Shown in pieces: positions 39,074 to 51,647 of a DNA stretch of 64,000 nt. The notes under the pieces are model-generated. The model had not been told where the DNA came from, made no database searches, and saw only the letters and a program-made list of their open reading frames with translations. Location of the stretch: NCBI RefSeq assembly GCF_009914755.1, contig NC_060928.1. One strand, given 5' to 3'. Origin of the DNA: the human T2T-CHM13v2.0 reference genome, Homo sapiens. The position numbers and the translations under genes are program-made. How positions within the stretch are numbered: position 1 is the stretch's first letter; each line of letters opens with the position of its first letter.

Positions 39074-39867
39074 TCAATGGTCCTTGGTGAGTTGTCTATG
39101 AATGTGCCTGGACATTTGCAGCCTCTGAGTCATGTCTGAAGACCCAGGAACGTCTGACTGTAATGCCCAAGCAGCAAGAAGTAAATGCAGCAATTTACCC
39201 CTGGAGTTTTATTAGCCATCTGACTAACCTACTGTTTTTCCTAGAACAGTCTGCTGTGCATGTTGAAACAAGGCAATGATTAAAAATATGACTAATTAAG
39301 TTTTGGTGGAAAGTGCTCACGATGTTCTGTTCAAAAAGTGAAATGACTCAAAGCTGACTTTTTCGTGTGGATAAAATCAATGACATTGCCCTAATCATGT
39401 GCTGAACCAGAGGTAGACTCACAGCCAGGGCTTTATCAAGCTGTTAAGAAGTGAAGCCTGGAATTAGTGACAGCAGCCTGAGCTATGATTAGCTTCAAGA
39501 TGACGTGTTTCACAAACTCTTGTTCCAAAACAGGGTGACATTATTTATGGGTATTTGTAACAGTGAAATTTTAAGAGCACAGGAAAAATTATTAACGGCT
39601 ATTGTCCAAGTTAATGTAATGCAAACCCACTGCACATAAACTAGCTTTAACAAGCTTGTGCAGCTCACATTTAATTAAGGAAATGAGAAATACAAGTGTG
39701 GAAGGGGATGGTCAGTTTTTCTTGCTTGGGAGTCTTAAAGGCAATAAACAATTTTAGAACTGTCGAAAACACAAGAATTGACTTTCCTTTGAATTCTCTA
39801 TAATTAATACATGTAACTGTTCAATTTTTTGCTGCATTAAAATGTATTTTGAAAAATGATTGTTGCC

Positions 39868-39943
39868 TTTTTTTTTTTATTATACTTTAAGTGATAGGGT
39901 ACATGACCCAGCCATCCCATTGCTGGGTATATACCCAAAGGAC
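39868..39943 (-). mobile_element. Very short L1PA insertion with 5' inversion
   Basis: T11 + ATTATACTTTAAGTGATAGGGTACATG (reverse L1PA terminus) fused to forward GACCCAGCCATCCCATTGCTGGGTATATACCCAAAGGAC (L1 ORF2 3' region). Confidence 0.85.
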
Positions 39944-40169
39944 ATTTATTTTTCTAAGAAAAAAACCATTAAAATAACTGATCTTTCCCACTTAATTTTG
40001 TTCCTCGCTGTATGTCATAAGCTTCTAAAAGTCAATGCCATTTACTTTGTAAAAGTACCATTTTACTTTATCCAATCTTATTCTTCTATCTTTTGTATAA
40101 TGAAGTGTGGTATAACATAAGCACTTTATCCATTATTTAATAAGCAGTTACTAAACACCTACTACAGGT

Positions 40170-41400
40170 CAGCCTGATGATAAGTAATAGATATTTACTG
40201 CTCAACACAACATAGTGCCTGACTAAATGAGCCTGGAAGGAGCATCCAGGTGAGGTAAAGAGGCAAGGGAAAGAAGGTTCAGGAAATGTCCTCATAGAGC
40301 CCAGTAGAGTGTGTGGGGAGACGTGTTGGGGGATGGAAGGGTCAGAAAAGGCTCTTTGAAGGAAGTGATGTCTGACTTGAGACCAGCAGGTTAAGAGGAC
40401 AATGAGGGTGAAGCTTTCATGGGACAGGAACAGCCATACAACATCCGAGGCCCAAGCCATTGTTTTGAGCCAAGCGAGCCCCACATTGAAGATTGTGTGA
40501 CATGAGACTGGAGAGGTGATCCGTTGGACTTCTTTTCACAGACAATAGAGAAGTTAATATTGATGTGCTACAAAGGAAAGTATTGCTCAACAGGCTCATT
40601 TGATTTAGCCACGGTTACTTTTAAATTATTCAGATTATTTGAATGTGTATTTGAAGTACTCAAAGGTTTTTATTCACATTAGGTAAGATGGAATTTTTAG
40701 TCATGGTAAAATTAATTTTTTCTTGATCACATAAATTATTTTTTCTGCTTCAACCTCCAGATAAGCCCCTTGAATGAATCTCAGCACTCTCGTAAGAGTG
40801 TAGTGTGGCCAAGACATAGGGCATGCTAGTAGTGGAGGAGACTGGTCATGAGGATCAGGATGGAGAGTTAGACAGGGCACAAATAATGGAAGCTGCTACT
40901 CTGAGGAGATCAGACTTTACCCACAAGGGATGTGACACTGGTTTTTGTTGTTGTTGTTTTAGAAAGATAACCCCAATAGCAGTTGGAGAATGAGAAGACG
41001 GGGAAAAGCTGGTGGTAGGGCAAAAGTACAGGAGGTTGTTAGGCCTGAGCTCTGAGGAGAGACCACAAATAAGGACACAGAAAGGTAAATGGAGAAGAAC
41101 AGGAAGAATACAGGGCATAAAAGGGAGCTAGAACTGAACATGTGAGTTGAGCAAAAGAAATATATCAAGGAAAACTCTTGGGTTTTGGCTTCGGAGACAA
41201 GATGAACAGCAAAGTCACTGAGGCTGGAAATAAAGAGGATCATAGTTGGAACAAAGATATCCGTTCAGTTTTGGACAGTGTTTGAGATACCAGGACAGGT
41301 CTGCCCTAGAAGTGGATATGCAAGTGTGTCATTGAATGAGAGAGGGAATTTGAGGAGGCAGATTGCGTATGCAGAAGCAAGGATAGTATTGCGGTACACG
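40170..41400 (-). mobile_element. Degenerate L2 fragments
   Basis: ggaaggaagtgatgtctgacttgagac-like, tagaaagataaccc, gttcagttttggaca..tttgagatac motifs; approximate limits. Confidence 0.6.
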
Positions 41401-41924
41401 TGAATGCTGAGGCCCTAGAAAGTCAGTGTAAAACACTCCTCTTTCCCTGCAAAGTTTGTAACCAGTGTGGAACTAGACACAAGAGTCAGACAAAGTTGGA
41501 AACATTACTTTTTCTACTGGTAAAGCTAAATGGAAAACATGGCTGTATTTCTTTTTTTTTCCTTTTTGAACTTCTAAAATGACTTGAAAATGGCTCTATT
41601 TCTGAGGCTAAAAGATAATATTAGCCTTTTACCCAGTAATTAGACATATTTATTTGCCCCTGGCTTAGAGGGAGAGTGAATCAGAGCATAAGCTGTTGGC
41701 ATACATGCCATCTAGAAAAAAAGAGGTTCTCTCTTCCAAGCTTGCCAATGAAATAAACCACTCTTCCCTCCCTGGGGAGAGAAACTAGAAGCGTTGCTCT
41801 AAGTGAAGTGCCTTCACATGGAAACATGAGGCCAGAATCAATAGTCTTCCAATAGCCTACATTTGAAAGGAGGGCAAAGGAAAAGAACGCAGAGCAGCAA
41901 CTTGATGATGATGATATAGACTGT

Positions 41925-42100
41925 GATGAAAGTTGCTAACATACTGAACACTTACCATGTGCCAGGTATGTTTGCCAGTCCTTTACAGTCATGGGCCTCT
42001 TTAATCCTCACAGCAAGCATGAACTATAGGTAGGGAAATGGAAGCACATGAAGTGGCAGAAGCAGGATTTGAATACAAGTGGTGTGGTTCAGAAACTGGT
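41925..42100 (-). mobile_element. MIR fragment
   Basis: gctaacatactgaacacttaccatgtgccagg..tttaatcctcacagcaa..agtggcagaagcaggatttgaa. Confidence 0.65.
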
Positions 42101-42678
42101 CTCTTGAGAAATAATATTCAGAGAAGCAGGAGAAGAATAACAAAGAAGAGCAAGGTGACATGAGACTGAGAAAGGAGGGAGTCACCCGGTCAACACAAAG
42201 CACAAATAAGGATATAACTACAGATCTCTAGCTCCGTGCTGTGACTTAATATATTGTTGACACTATGAGTCACAAAGTATAAAGGAAAAAGAAAAGCAGT
42301 TGTTTACCCCAACATTTTAACACGGAGACCAAATTAATGGAAATTATTTTAATTAATAATTAATTGAATTAATTCATAGAAAATTAAGGTAAACATCTTA
42401 AGATCATGAATCAATCAAATTTCTCTATGTTTTAGTTTTTTATTATTAAGGTTTAAGTACAGTGGCTTTTTATTGTGTAGATATAGCCTTTAACACTCAA
42501 TTAATTTAACATAAGGTGTGTTAAATAGACTGAATGAGCAAAAAACAAAATTATTAGTTGCCTACAAAGACCAAATTAATTATGTAACCTTAATATTTCC
42601 ATTGCACTTTGCACAACCAATGTGAGTTGAGCCTTAGATATCAAGAGTTTGGGATTTGGGTATTGCCTTTGCCTTAAA

Positions 42679-42978
42679 GAAGCTGGAAACCATCATTCTC
42701 AGCAAACTATTGCAAGGACCAAAAACCAAACACCGCATGTTCTCACTCATAGGTGGGAATTGAACAATGAGAACACTTGGACACAGGAAGGGGAACATCA
42801 CATACTGGGGCCTGTCGTGGGGTGGGGGAAGGGGGAGGGATAGCATTAGGAGATATACCTAATGTAAATGACGAGTTAATGGGTGCAGCACACCAACATG
42901 GCACATGTATACATATGTAACAAACCTGCACGTTGTGCACATGTACCGTAGAACTTAAAGTATAATAGAAAAAAAAAG
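42679..42978 (+). mobile_element. 5'-truncated L1PA (L1PA4/5-like) 3' end
   Basis: gaagctggaaaccatcattctcagcaaact..gggggagggatagcattaggagatatacctaatg..gaacttaaagtataat plus A tail. Confidence 0.93.
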
Positions 42979-44444
42979 AATTAAATTAAACTTTCTAACT
43001 CCACTCCTTCCAAAATGGGGCTAAAACATATATATTCTACACATAGTATCCTACAGTGATAGTTAGAAAACACTATCAATCATGAATCTTTGAACTTGGA
43101 TTGGAGGCTCTCTGAGTTTCATTTTTACTATCATTGTCAACTACAGATGCCAGGAAAAACACCATCACAGAAACTAGGTTTCTTGGATCTTTCTGCTGTG
43201 AAAAATGGGAAATCAGTCAGACATCCCTATTGCTTTTGTGAAATATCTGTTTCGAGGAACCCTGCAGCTTAAATTACATGACTTCAGTGCAAGACAGAGA
43301 ATCTTCACATTGAAATGTGTGCTAGAGCAAACATATTTAAACCTTTTGACTTATTGAAAAACACAGCTCCAAATGGTACTCCATGAGGTAATATTTTCCT
43401 TAATTGCAAAGCACCATATACAGCTCTTTGGGGTGCTGCACCTGGGCCATCTGTCTGCAGTTTCCTCGGCTATTCTCAGTTGGAAATATCAAGATGGTAT
43501 ATATCTCCTTAATTGTGTCTTGACAAACAAATTAAGAATACCACAGCAGGCTGTTGTCTCCCAGAACAAGCAAAAATGGTTTTGTAAGCATTTGTAATTT
43601 ACAGCATCCTATGTCTCTGAAGATCTTTGGTACAAATAACTGTAAATTTTGAAATTTCTTACCTGCCAGATTTTAATTCAGAAACAGTAGGTGCTTCTGA
43701 CTGTATAGAAAACTAGCAATAGTATACAATCTATGTTTTCAAAAATGTATTTGAAAAAGTGCTGATGGTAGTAAAATCTGGCAACAAAACCAAAGTTACA
43801 AACTGCTTGTTCACTTGTTTTATGTGGTTTCTGCCACTGTGTGCTGCCAAGTAAACACAACAGAGCACTCAGCTTTTATTAGATACATTTGATTTGCCAT
43901 TAATTGTATGGTATCATTAAGCATTCACTCACTAGACAATACAATCCAATACAATCCAAAATGCAATAGTCCTCATGAACAAGCAATAGTGTTTGACCAT
44001 ATGTACATTTACAAAACTACATTGTTTCTGAATATGAAGACACCCTAAGAGATAGCAACGTCAAATCTTAAATGATTCACTGTAAGCAAAATGCTAATTA
44101 TCATTATGATAATGATGAGCTTGATTCTGGCTCTTAAGCCTGGGAGAATATTCATATGCACATACATCTCTCTCCTCCACCACTTCCACAGATCACATAA
44201 GTTGGTCCATAGGCAGAGTTTCTGGAGAGAAAAGCCAGAAGTACAGAGCTTTGTCCATCTCTCAAGCTCTTCAGTCAAATAAGCCACACTTCTTACCATG
44301 GAGGAGAATAAGGAGGAGCTGGAGAGAAACTGGAACAATTGCTCTAGGTGAAGTACATTTTCATAGAAAAATGAGACCAGAACAAGTGATTTCCCTGAAA
44401 TAACCAACATTTCAGAGCAGGGCAGAGGAAGACAAGACAGAGCA

Positions 44445-44488
44445 AGATGATGATGATGATGATGATGATGGTGATGATAATGATGATA
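44445..44488. repeat. (GAT)n trinucleotide repeat
   Basis: Seen directly. Confidence 0.9.
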
Positions 44489-45321
44489 TGTTCTGTAGGT
44501 AACTCTGTCCAAATGGAGGAGCAACCAGGACTTTTTCTTAGTGTCTCCATCCTCCCCTTTGTGGGCCCAACCCTATCTTGGTAATTGATGTAGGGCAATT
44601 TCCTCTCAAATCTTCTGATATGAGATTCACAAACCCATTTAAGAGTCTCTATCTATTCTTTGAAATTTTAATCCTGAATTGGAGGAAGGGAACAGGCTCT
44701 GTACTAATGTCTCAATCCTTTCTAGCTCCTCCCCAGCATCTTTCCCTATCCAAGAAGGGCTTTTTCTCCTCCCAGCTGGGTGGTGAAATTCTATTTTGTC
44801 CTATCTGGCACTCTACCGTGTGCTCTCATTATCTTTTATAGTCTCTATGTTCTAGTTCTTCACCTTGGCTCCTTAGGCTACATCAATTCTTTCATTTCAG
44901 ACAGAACAAAGATGGAATCTCCCAAGTGAAAGTCTGTTTCTGAGTTGGGCTTTTAGAGCTTGTTTTGTAACTTTAAAGATGAACATTTCTCTTTTGGTTC
45001 TGGGTTCTGTCCTCCTCTTAAAGGATGGATGACCCAGCCCTATTGAGAGACTAGGTATTAGCAAGAATTACCAGGTATGAAATCATCAGGTGATATTTCA
45101 CAGTGTATGGCTGATAGAACCATGTGAAAAACAATATCTCCTTCTTCCCATCCCCTATATAGAAAACATTGACTCTTACTTCCTGGATCACATCATTGCA
45201 TCGCTGCTTTCTCCAAGCTCTGACCCCTACTCTAGTTCCCACAAAGCATGCAGTGCATAGTGCTTGGTAATACATATATATAGAACTATGGAGCTGCAGG
45301 AAGAATAGATTTCCTTGTCCA

Positions 45322-45678
45322 CAGTAGGACAAGGGGATACATCTGCAGATGATACATCCCAAGACCCCCAGTGGATGCCTGAAAACACAGATAGTACTGA
45401 ACCCCACTATATATTAATACTATGTTTTTTCCTATACATACATACCTATGATAAAGCTTAATCTATAAATTAAGAAGAGTTAAAAATTAGCAACAATAAT
45501 TAATAATAAAATAAAAATAATTATAACAACATATTGTAATAAAAGTTATGTGAATGTGGTCCCTTGCTCTCTCTCCCTCCCAAAATACTACAATAGCTTT
45601 CTACTGCAGTTGACTGTGGTTAACTGTGGGTAACTGACGCCACGGTAAGCAAAACCAAAGATAAGTGGGGACTACTGT
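45322..45678 (+). mobile_element. TcMar-Tigger non-autonomous element (MER2B-like)
   Basis: ccaagacccccagtggatgcctgaaa..catacctatgataaag..taataaaagttatgtgaatgtggtc; right terminal inverted repeat gataagtggggactactg; left end scrambled. Confidence 0.8.
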
Positions 45679-48600
45679 GCAAAACTAAGGGAAGCCAAGT
45701 AGCCTCATGTCTACTGGTAATTTCTGTTCTAGTTGCTCTATCTCAATCATATTATGTAAGACTCTTGACACATCTTCAGAAAGATAAAGGAATATTCTTC
45801 ATTTAGGCTTACCTCCTTCAGTGCCTTTTGGGACTAAATAGAATAGGCCCAAGACCTGACCACTTGGCAAAGCCCAAAAGCCCACTAGTAAAATTATTAC
45901 ACATTAAACTCTTTAATGGTTCAAGGAAGACTTTAGAGACTCTCTTTGATTTTCAGAAACTTTTGAGATCATATGCTGGCTATGTGATCAAGAGGAGTTA
46001 ATGGAGACTGATACCTGAAAACTGCATTAGGAAAGGAATTTCAGGAGTGAAGTGTGAATCTCAAGCAGAACATGTCTTCCCCTTGTTCTTCTGAACACAC
46101 ACCTGTCAGCTGTAAGCCTGGGCTCTGTGCCAGTTTAAAATGCTGGATCACAGATCTGCGGGGCCCAGACAGGGGCATTCCAGATCCAAAGGCCACCCCC
46201 TTGTTCTCCTATTCAGCCTTCCTTGAAGAGCTGAGGAGACAAAAGCTATTTCTGTTTAGTTGAAGGCAAATTTTGATCTTTTAATATTGCATTTCTATTC
46301 CTCATGTCCCTCTTTGCCTTTGAGAATCTCATTCCTTCATAATGTTTCTCCAAAACCCCTAGAATACAGACCCCAGCTATGTGCTCTCATAGCATCATGT
46401 ATATGTCTTCACAGATTTTGGTTACTTTTAAGTACTTGTTTCATGTTTGTCTTCTCTCCCAGCTCAAGCTCCCCAGTCCTTAGCCTAGTGTTTGGCACCA
46501 TTTGCAGATGGGGCTGAGAAGATAACAGGCTTTCCTCTGTTTACCCTCCCTAACACACTTGGAAATGGCCTACTGTCACAACTCACAATAATTGGATATT
46601 AAAATGTCACCTCTCTCCCTAACTAGCTATGACCTTGCATTGCCATCTATCCTTTGTTTATTAACCTACAATAATATTTAAGATACCTTCTGGCTTTAAA
46701 AGCCTAATAGTCTAAGCTTCTAATACATCCTTTCATATGCTGTGCTATTAGCCAAACGGAACTATTCTACAGTTGGTTTAATAGGCAAAAAATACACCGC
46801 TCTTCATAATCCTTTAGGAAGACATAAATGAACATTCTCTCTAGTACTTATGCCCTTAGGAAACAAAAGAAGTGATGGTTTTACTCTGTGGGATTAGCAG
46901 CTTACAATTATTAAGGATACTAATGACTACTACAAGAAAGCTCTCAAAAGTCCTTTAGTAAAGGATTTTCATCTAGAAATCTCTCAATTGATGTCTCAGA
47001 GAATTATCCACATAACGATGGAGTGTCGACCTTATTTTGCTGAATTCCTTCCTAGATAGGTGTCCCTTCTTGGCATTATCTTCACCTTTTTCTCCTTTCC
47101 CTTTTTCCTCTCTATTTTTCCCTCCTGTCTCTTATTATCATTAAATATGAGAGCCCGTATTCCCTCCATTCATTGCAGAGTCACACTTCGGTTACTTCTT
47201 GGCACACCTGTGCACAGCACCCTTGGGTTGCTTGCAGCCTTGCTAATGTTTCCATTTTTCCCTTTGTAAGCAATAGTATCCCTTGTCCTTAAAGAGGGCT
47301 TCATTGCTTGCAGAAACCTCATCTCGGTAATTCTAGGAGCCTTCGACTTCCCTGGGTATTTCTGACCTGAATTTTGGCCAACTGTGTCTTACCAAGTCAG
47401 CAGGTTTCCTCCAAATATTATCACTAAGTGTTTCCTGTGTAAAATCCTGTCCTTTTCAATGTACTTGGAAGAAGGAAATAGAAAAAACAACGTGAGTATT
47501 TATATAGGATCTTTTCTTTTTACAGCCAACTGCTTGTGAATTCTTAGACCATTTCAAGGAGAGTAAAAGAGTTGATAGGAGCTGGGCAAACAGAGGTTAA
47601 AATGGGTTGAAGTCTTTTCCAATATTCCATGGGGAGTGATCAGGCTTGTGTGACCTCCACAAAGCTGTTTGAGTTAATTCCCTCGATGTCAGGGAATCAG
47701 ATTAAGTTTCTAGAATTCAAGGCATTGCTGTGCCCTTTGCACAGTGGAGAAACACAAAGCATGCAGACTACCCCTAGGTCTTCGGGCAAGGAGCCAGTAG
47801 TTCTGTAGAGCTTAGTCCTGGAAACATTGAGATGGGGATGAAACTGACAACTGATACTTTACAGATCATAGGTATCCGAAATGGGGTGGGTGGGGTAGTT
47901 CTTAGAGATGGAACAAGAATTTTTAAGTTGGCATGGTGGGTAAGAAAGGGCCAGGAAAAGTTTAAAATGAAATTTTGAATTCAAACCATAATTAGAAAAT
48001 AAGAAATGTTGAACATGGGACACAAAAGTGATGTCGAGTGTTGTTGAAACTTAACTCTTGGAAGACTCAAGAAAAAAAGTCTTTGGGTTCATTGTATTTC
48101 CTCAAAAAAGTTATATAATTTTCTTCCAGTTTCTAAAACTTTTATATGAGTTGAGAGGATATATTTATAAGGTATATTTATTAGTTTTTTTGCCTTATCT
48201 CTGAAAGTTTATTTATATGGGAAATAATTTTGAAAATTATTAATGTGCTTACCTTTTTTCTGGTCTGAGGACATGATTTTTGCCATAAATAGCTATTTTC
48301 CTAAGTGGAAATTAGGATTTGTTATGGAACGAATGTAAACAGAAAGAATGTGAAATCATTAAGCTTTTGACATGCAAAATAGCATTCTATAGTAAGGTAA
48401 TTTTCTTTCCAATTAGATCATTTTCTTGAGAAAATTTTCTGAACTTCCTTGTCTTCTCCTTTTCAAGAATCAACATCCAGTCCTTGAAGAATTACTTTAT
48501 AGAGTTCTCCAGCTGTGTAGAGAAAATACCTCTTTGGGCTAAGAGGTTAGATTCAAGAAGAGGAGAATGTAACAAGTAGAAAGTTCATCTCTTCCAGGCC

Positions 48601-48692
48601 ATGGGCATGATAAAAATAGAAGGGTAGGAGGGAAGGAATAATATATAGTTTTAAGGTTTGTGTGTCTTGATTTTCCTACCCATGCTTAGCAA

Positions 48693-49753
48693 TGTTAACA
48701 GAAAAGTCAAACTCTGGAAAATATTTTTAAAAGGTTTATTCCGAGCCAGTATGAGTGACAATGGCTCAGGGAACAGTCTCAAGAGGTCCTCAGAAAGGGT
48801 GCTGCAGGGGGTGAGGTTATAGTTTGGTTTTATACATTTTAGGGAGACAGGAATTACAGGCAAAGACATAAACCAATACATGGAAGGTATACATTGGATT
48901 GGACCAAAAAAGGTGCGACATATCTAAGTGGGGGCTTACAGGTCATAGGTAGGTTTTAGGGATTATTTAGTGGATAACTGGTTGAGAGAGTTAAGCTACT
49001 ATCTACTGTCTTAAGACTAGAAAACAGTAGAAAGGAATGCTTCAGTTAAGATAAGGAAGTCGTGGAAGCTAAAGTTTTTGTTACATAAGATGAAGCCTTA
49101 TAGGTAGCAGTCCTTTGAGAGAATCGATGGTAAAATGGTAAATGTCTCTTTCAGACCTTAAAGATGTCAGGTTCTCAATTAACCTCTCCCATATCCAAGG
49201 CCTAGAAAGAGAAGTTTTGGTGACTTTCATAGAGATTTTCTACAGATGCAAATTTCCCCCACAAAAGATGACTTTGTAGAGCCATTTCAATCCATGGGCC
49301 TGCAGCAATTATTTCAAAATATGTCAAGGAAATACATTTTAAGGAAAATATTTTGATTTCCTTTAGGGTCTGCTATCTATCATGTGATGCTAAACCACAG
49401 TCAGGTTAGAAAGTAAGCCACATTATACTGGGTTAAAACAACTTGTTTAATCAGATTTTATGGTTCATAGGGTATGACTTAACCCTTGCCTTGCATAGCT
49501 TTAAGTCTTGTTTATAATCTGGTATTTTATTGCCACAAAGAGCCTGTTTTGTCAGTCTTAGGATCTCTATTTTAACATCAATGCTGGCCAGTTGTATCTA
49601 AACTCCAAAAGGCAGGGGTATAATGAGGTATGTCTAACCTCCCTTCCCATGATGGCTGGGAATTCAGTTTTTCAGGTTGCTTTGGAATCCTCTTGGCCAA
49701 GAAGGGGTTCATTCAGTTGGTTGTGGGGCTTAGGATTTTATTTTTGGTTTACA
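48693..49753 (-). mobile_element. ERV1 solo LTR (MER4 family, MER4D-like)
   Basis: TG...CA termini, near TSD GCAA/GCAT; minus strand begins TGTAAACCAAAAATAAAATCCTAAGCCCC. Confidence 0.88.
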
Positions 49754-49757
49754 GCAT

Positions 49758-50131
49758 TGTGTTAGTCTGTTTTCACGTTGCTGACAAAGACATACTTGAG
49801 ACTGGGCAACTTACAAAGAAAGAGGTTTAATTGGACTTACAGTTCCACGTGGCTGGGAAGTCTCACAATCATGGTGGAAGGCAAGGAGGAGCAAGTCCTG
49901 TCTTACATGGATGGCAGCAGGCAAAGAGAGAATGAGGAAGAGGCAAACATGGAAAGCCCTGGTAAAACCACTAGATCTCGTGAGACTTATTCACTACCAT
50001 GAGAACAGTATGGGGGAAATTGCCCCATGATTCAAATTATCTCCCATCAGGTCCCTCCCACACCACATGGGAATTATGGGAGTACAATTCAAGATGAGAT
50101 TTGGGTGGGGACACTGAGCCAAACCATATCA
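49758..50131 (-). mobile_element. THE1 solo LTR (THE1C/D-like)
   Basis: tgtgttagtctgttttcacgttgctgacaaagacata..gaggtttaattggacttacagttccac..gatttgggtggggacactgagccaaaccatatca. Confidence 0.92.
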
Positions 50132-50584
50132 CACATGTTATGAGAAATTCGAAGGAAAAGAAGTGTCTGTGGTCATCTTTCATGAGGACTCTGAAGAAGA
50201 GACTGCTTCCTGTGGGATATCCATCCACCTACATCGTGATTCCTGAGTGACATACATGGCCCTTAGAAGTAGCTGAAGGTGTGGACGCAGAGCTTTTCGG
50301 GGGGAGGTTGTTCTACTTGGGTGAAGTCGTTCCAAATTAGGGCTGCAAAGCAGACTGTACTTGCCTGGTCTGAATGGAAGACTCTCCTAAATGAGCGAAA
50401 GCCAAGATGCATGTTAGTGCAGGAGCTCTTCCAGAGCAGTTCATGATCAAAAAGAGTGACTCTCATGATGGCAGTGACTGAAGGCCAGCTGGTGCCAGGG
50501 AATATTGCTGTGGAGACCAGCGAAGCCAGAGGATGCTAGTGTCCAAAGACACTGAAGGACACTGGTTACTTAAGAGAGAGAGAA

Positions 50585-50587
<3 letters not shown>

Positions 50588-50633
<46 letters not shown>
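50588..50633. repeat. (TG)n microsatellite preceded by (GA)n
   Basis: Seen directly. Confidence 0.95.
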
Positions 50634-50634
<1 letters not shown>

Positions 50635-51647
50635 CCCAAGAGACAGTGAAAACTACCAAAAGGTCTAATACAATTATTAGGTTGAATTTAGTTGAAATTA
50701 TATTGGATCTTTTCCCCTTCTTTCCTCCCTCTTTCTCTTTGTTCATTCCCTCCATCCCTCCATTCCTTCTCTCCTCCCTCTCTCCCTTGAATTAACCAGT
50801 GGTGGGGGCTTTGGAGGAAGACTGGGTTTATTTTTTGCAGTTCCTTTTTCCCCTTTCTGGGCCAGCACTTCTACTGTCCCTTTCAATCATAAAGTACTCT
50901 CCCATAAGGCACTCTAATGCAGCCTCTATACCTTCTGCCCATGAAAATGTCTGATAAACTAGCAATAATGTGTTATTCACAACATTTTACTTTCCTCAGA
51001 AATATTTACATTTAGCATAAGCCCAGGAAGTTCTCAATGCTAAAATCAAAGAAAGGGAGGCAATAGTGGACTTTCAGCCTTTTCCAGTCAATAGAACAAA
51101 GATTTTAGGAAGTGGTTTTTCTCTCAAAGTTCAGCACATAACGCATATGCTGGAATGGGGAATACAAAATTACTGTTATCTATGCCAGACCACAGGAATC
51201 CCCATTATTTGAAAAGTTTTCTCTTTCCAGAAAATGGAAAGTATTTGTCTAGGCAATTGCATTCGGGAGTATATCAGTGTTAGCCAACTGTAGGAACAGG
51301 TGCCAAATGTGAAGCAGGGAAGGAAAGGATCTGATCAGAAGGGACAGAACTGGCCCTGATCTTCACCATGGTGGTTTGCAGTGCATCCCAGATGGAATGT
51401 CATCAAGATTGTCTATTGCTGCCCCCCTGCTGAGAAGCAAACATCAATGTCATCAATCTGGCAGTGAGTAAAGGGAGGTGAGGGGATTGAAATATTTTGG
51501 GGACACATCTTTAGATGTCTTTAGCTATTGCCCAAATAAAGTCTGGAGAAATTTATGAGGGTATGAATCACAGTTCATTCTCATAGTGTGTAAATCTGTG
51601 TCTAAGATAAATTTGAGCCTAAATTAATATAATGAAATTATGAGTAT

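Noticed and set aside
44045-44598. 159-aa poly-His ORF and poly-Ile ORF
   Set aside because: The runs come from a (GAT)n microsatellite; the remainder is not protein-like and has no domain I recognise
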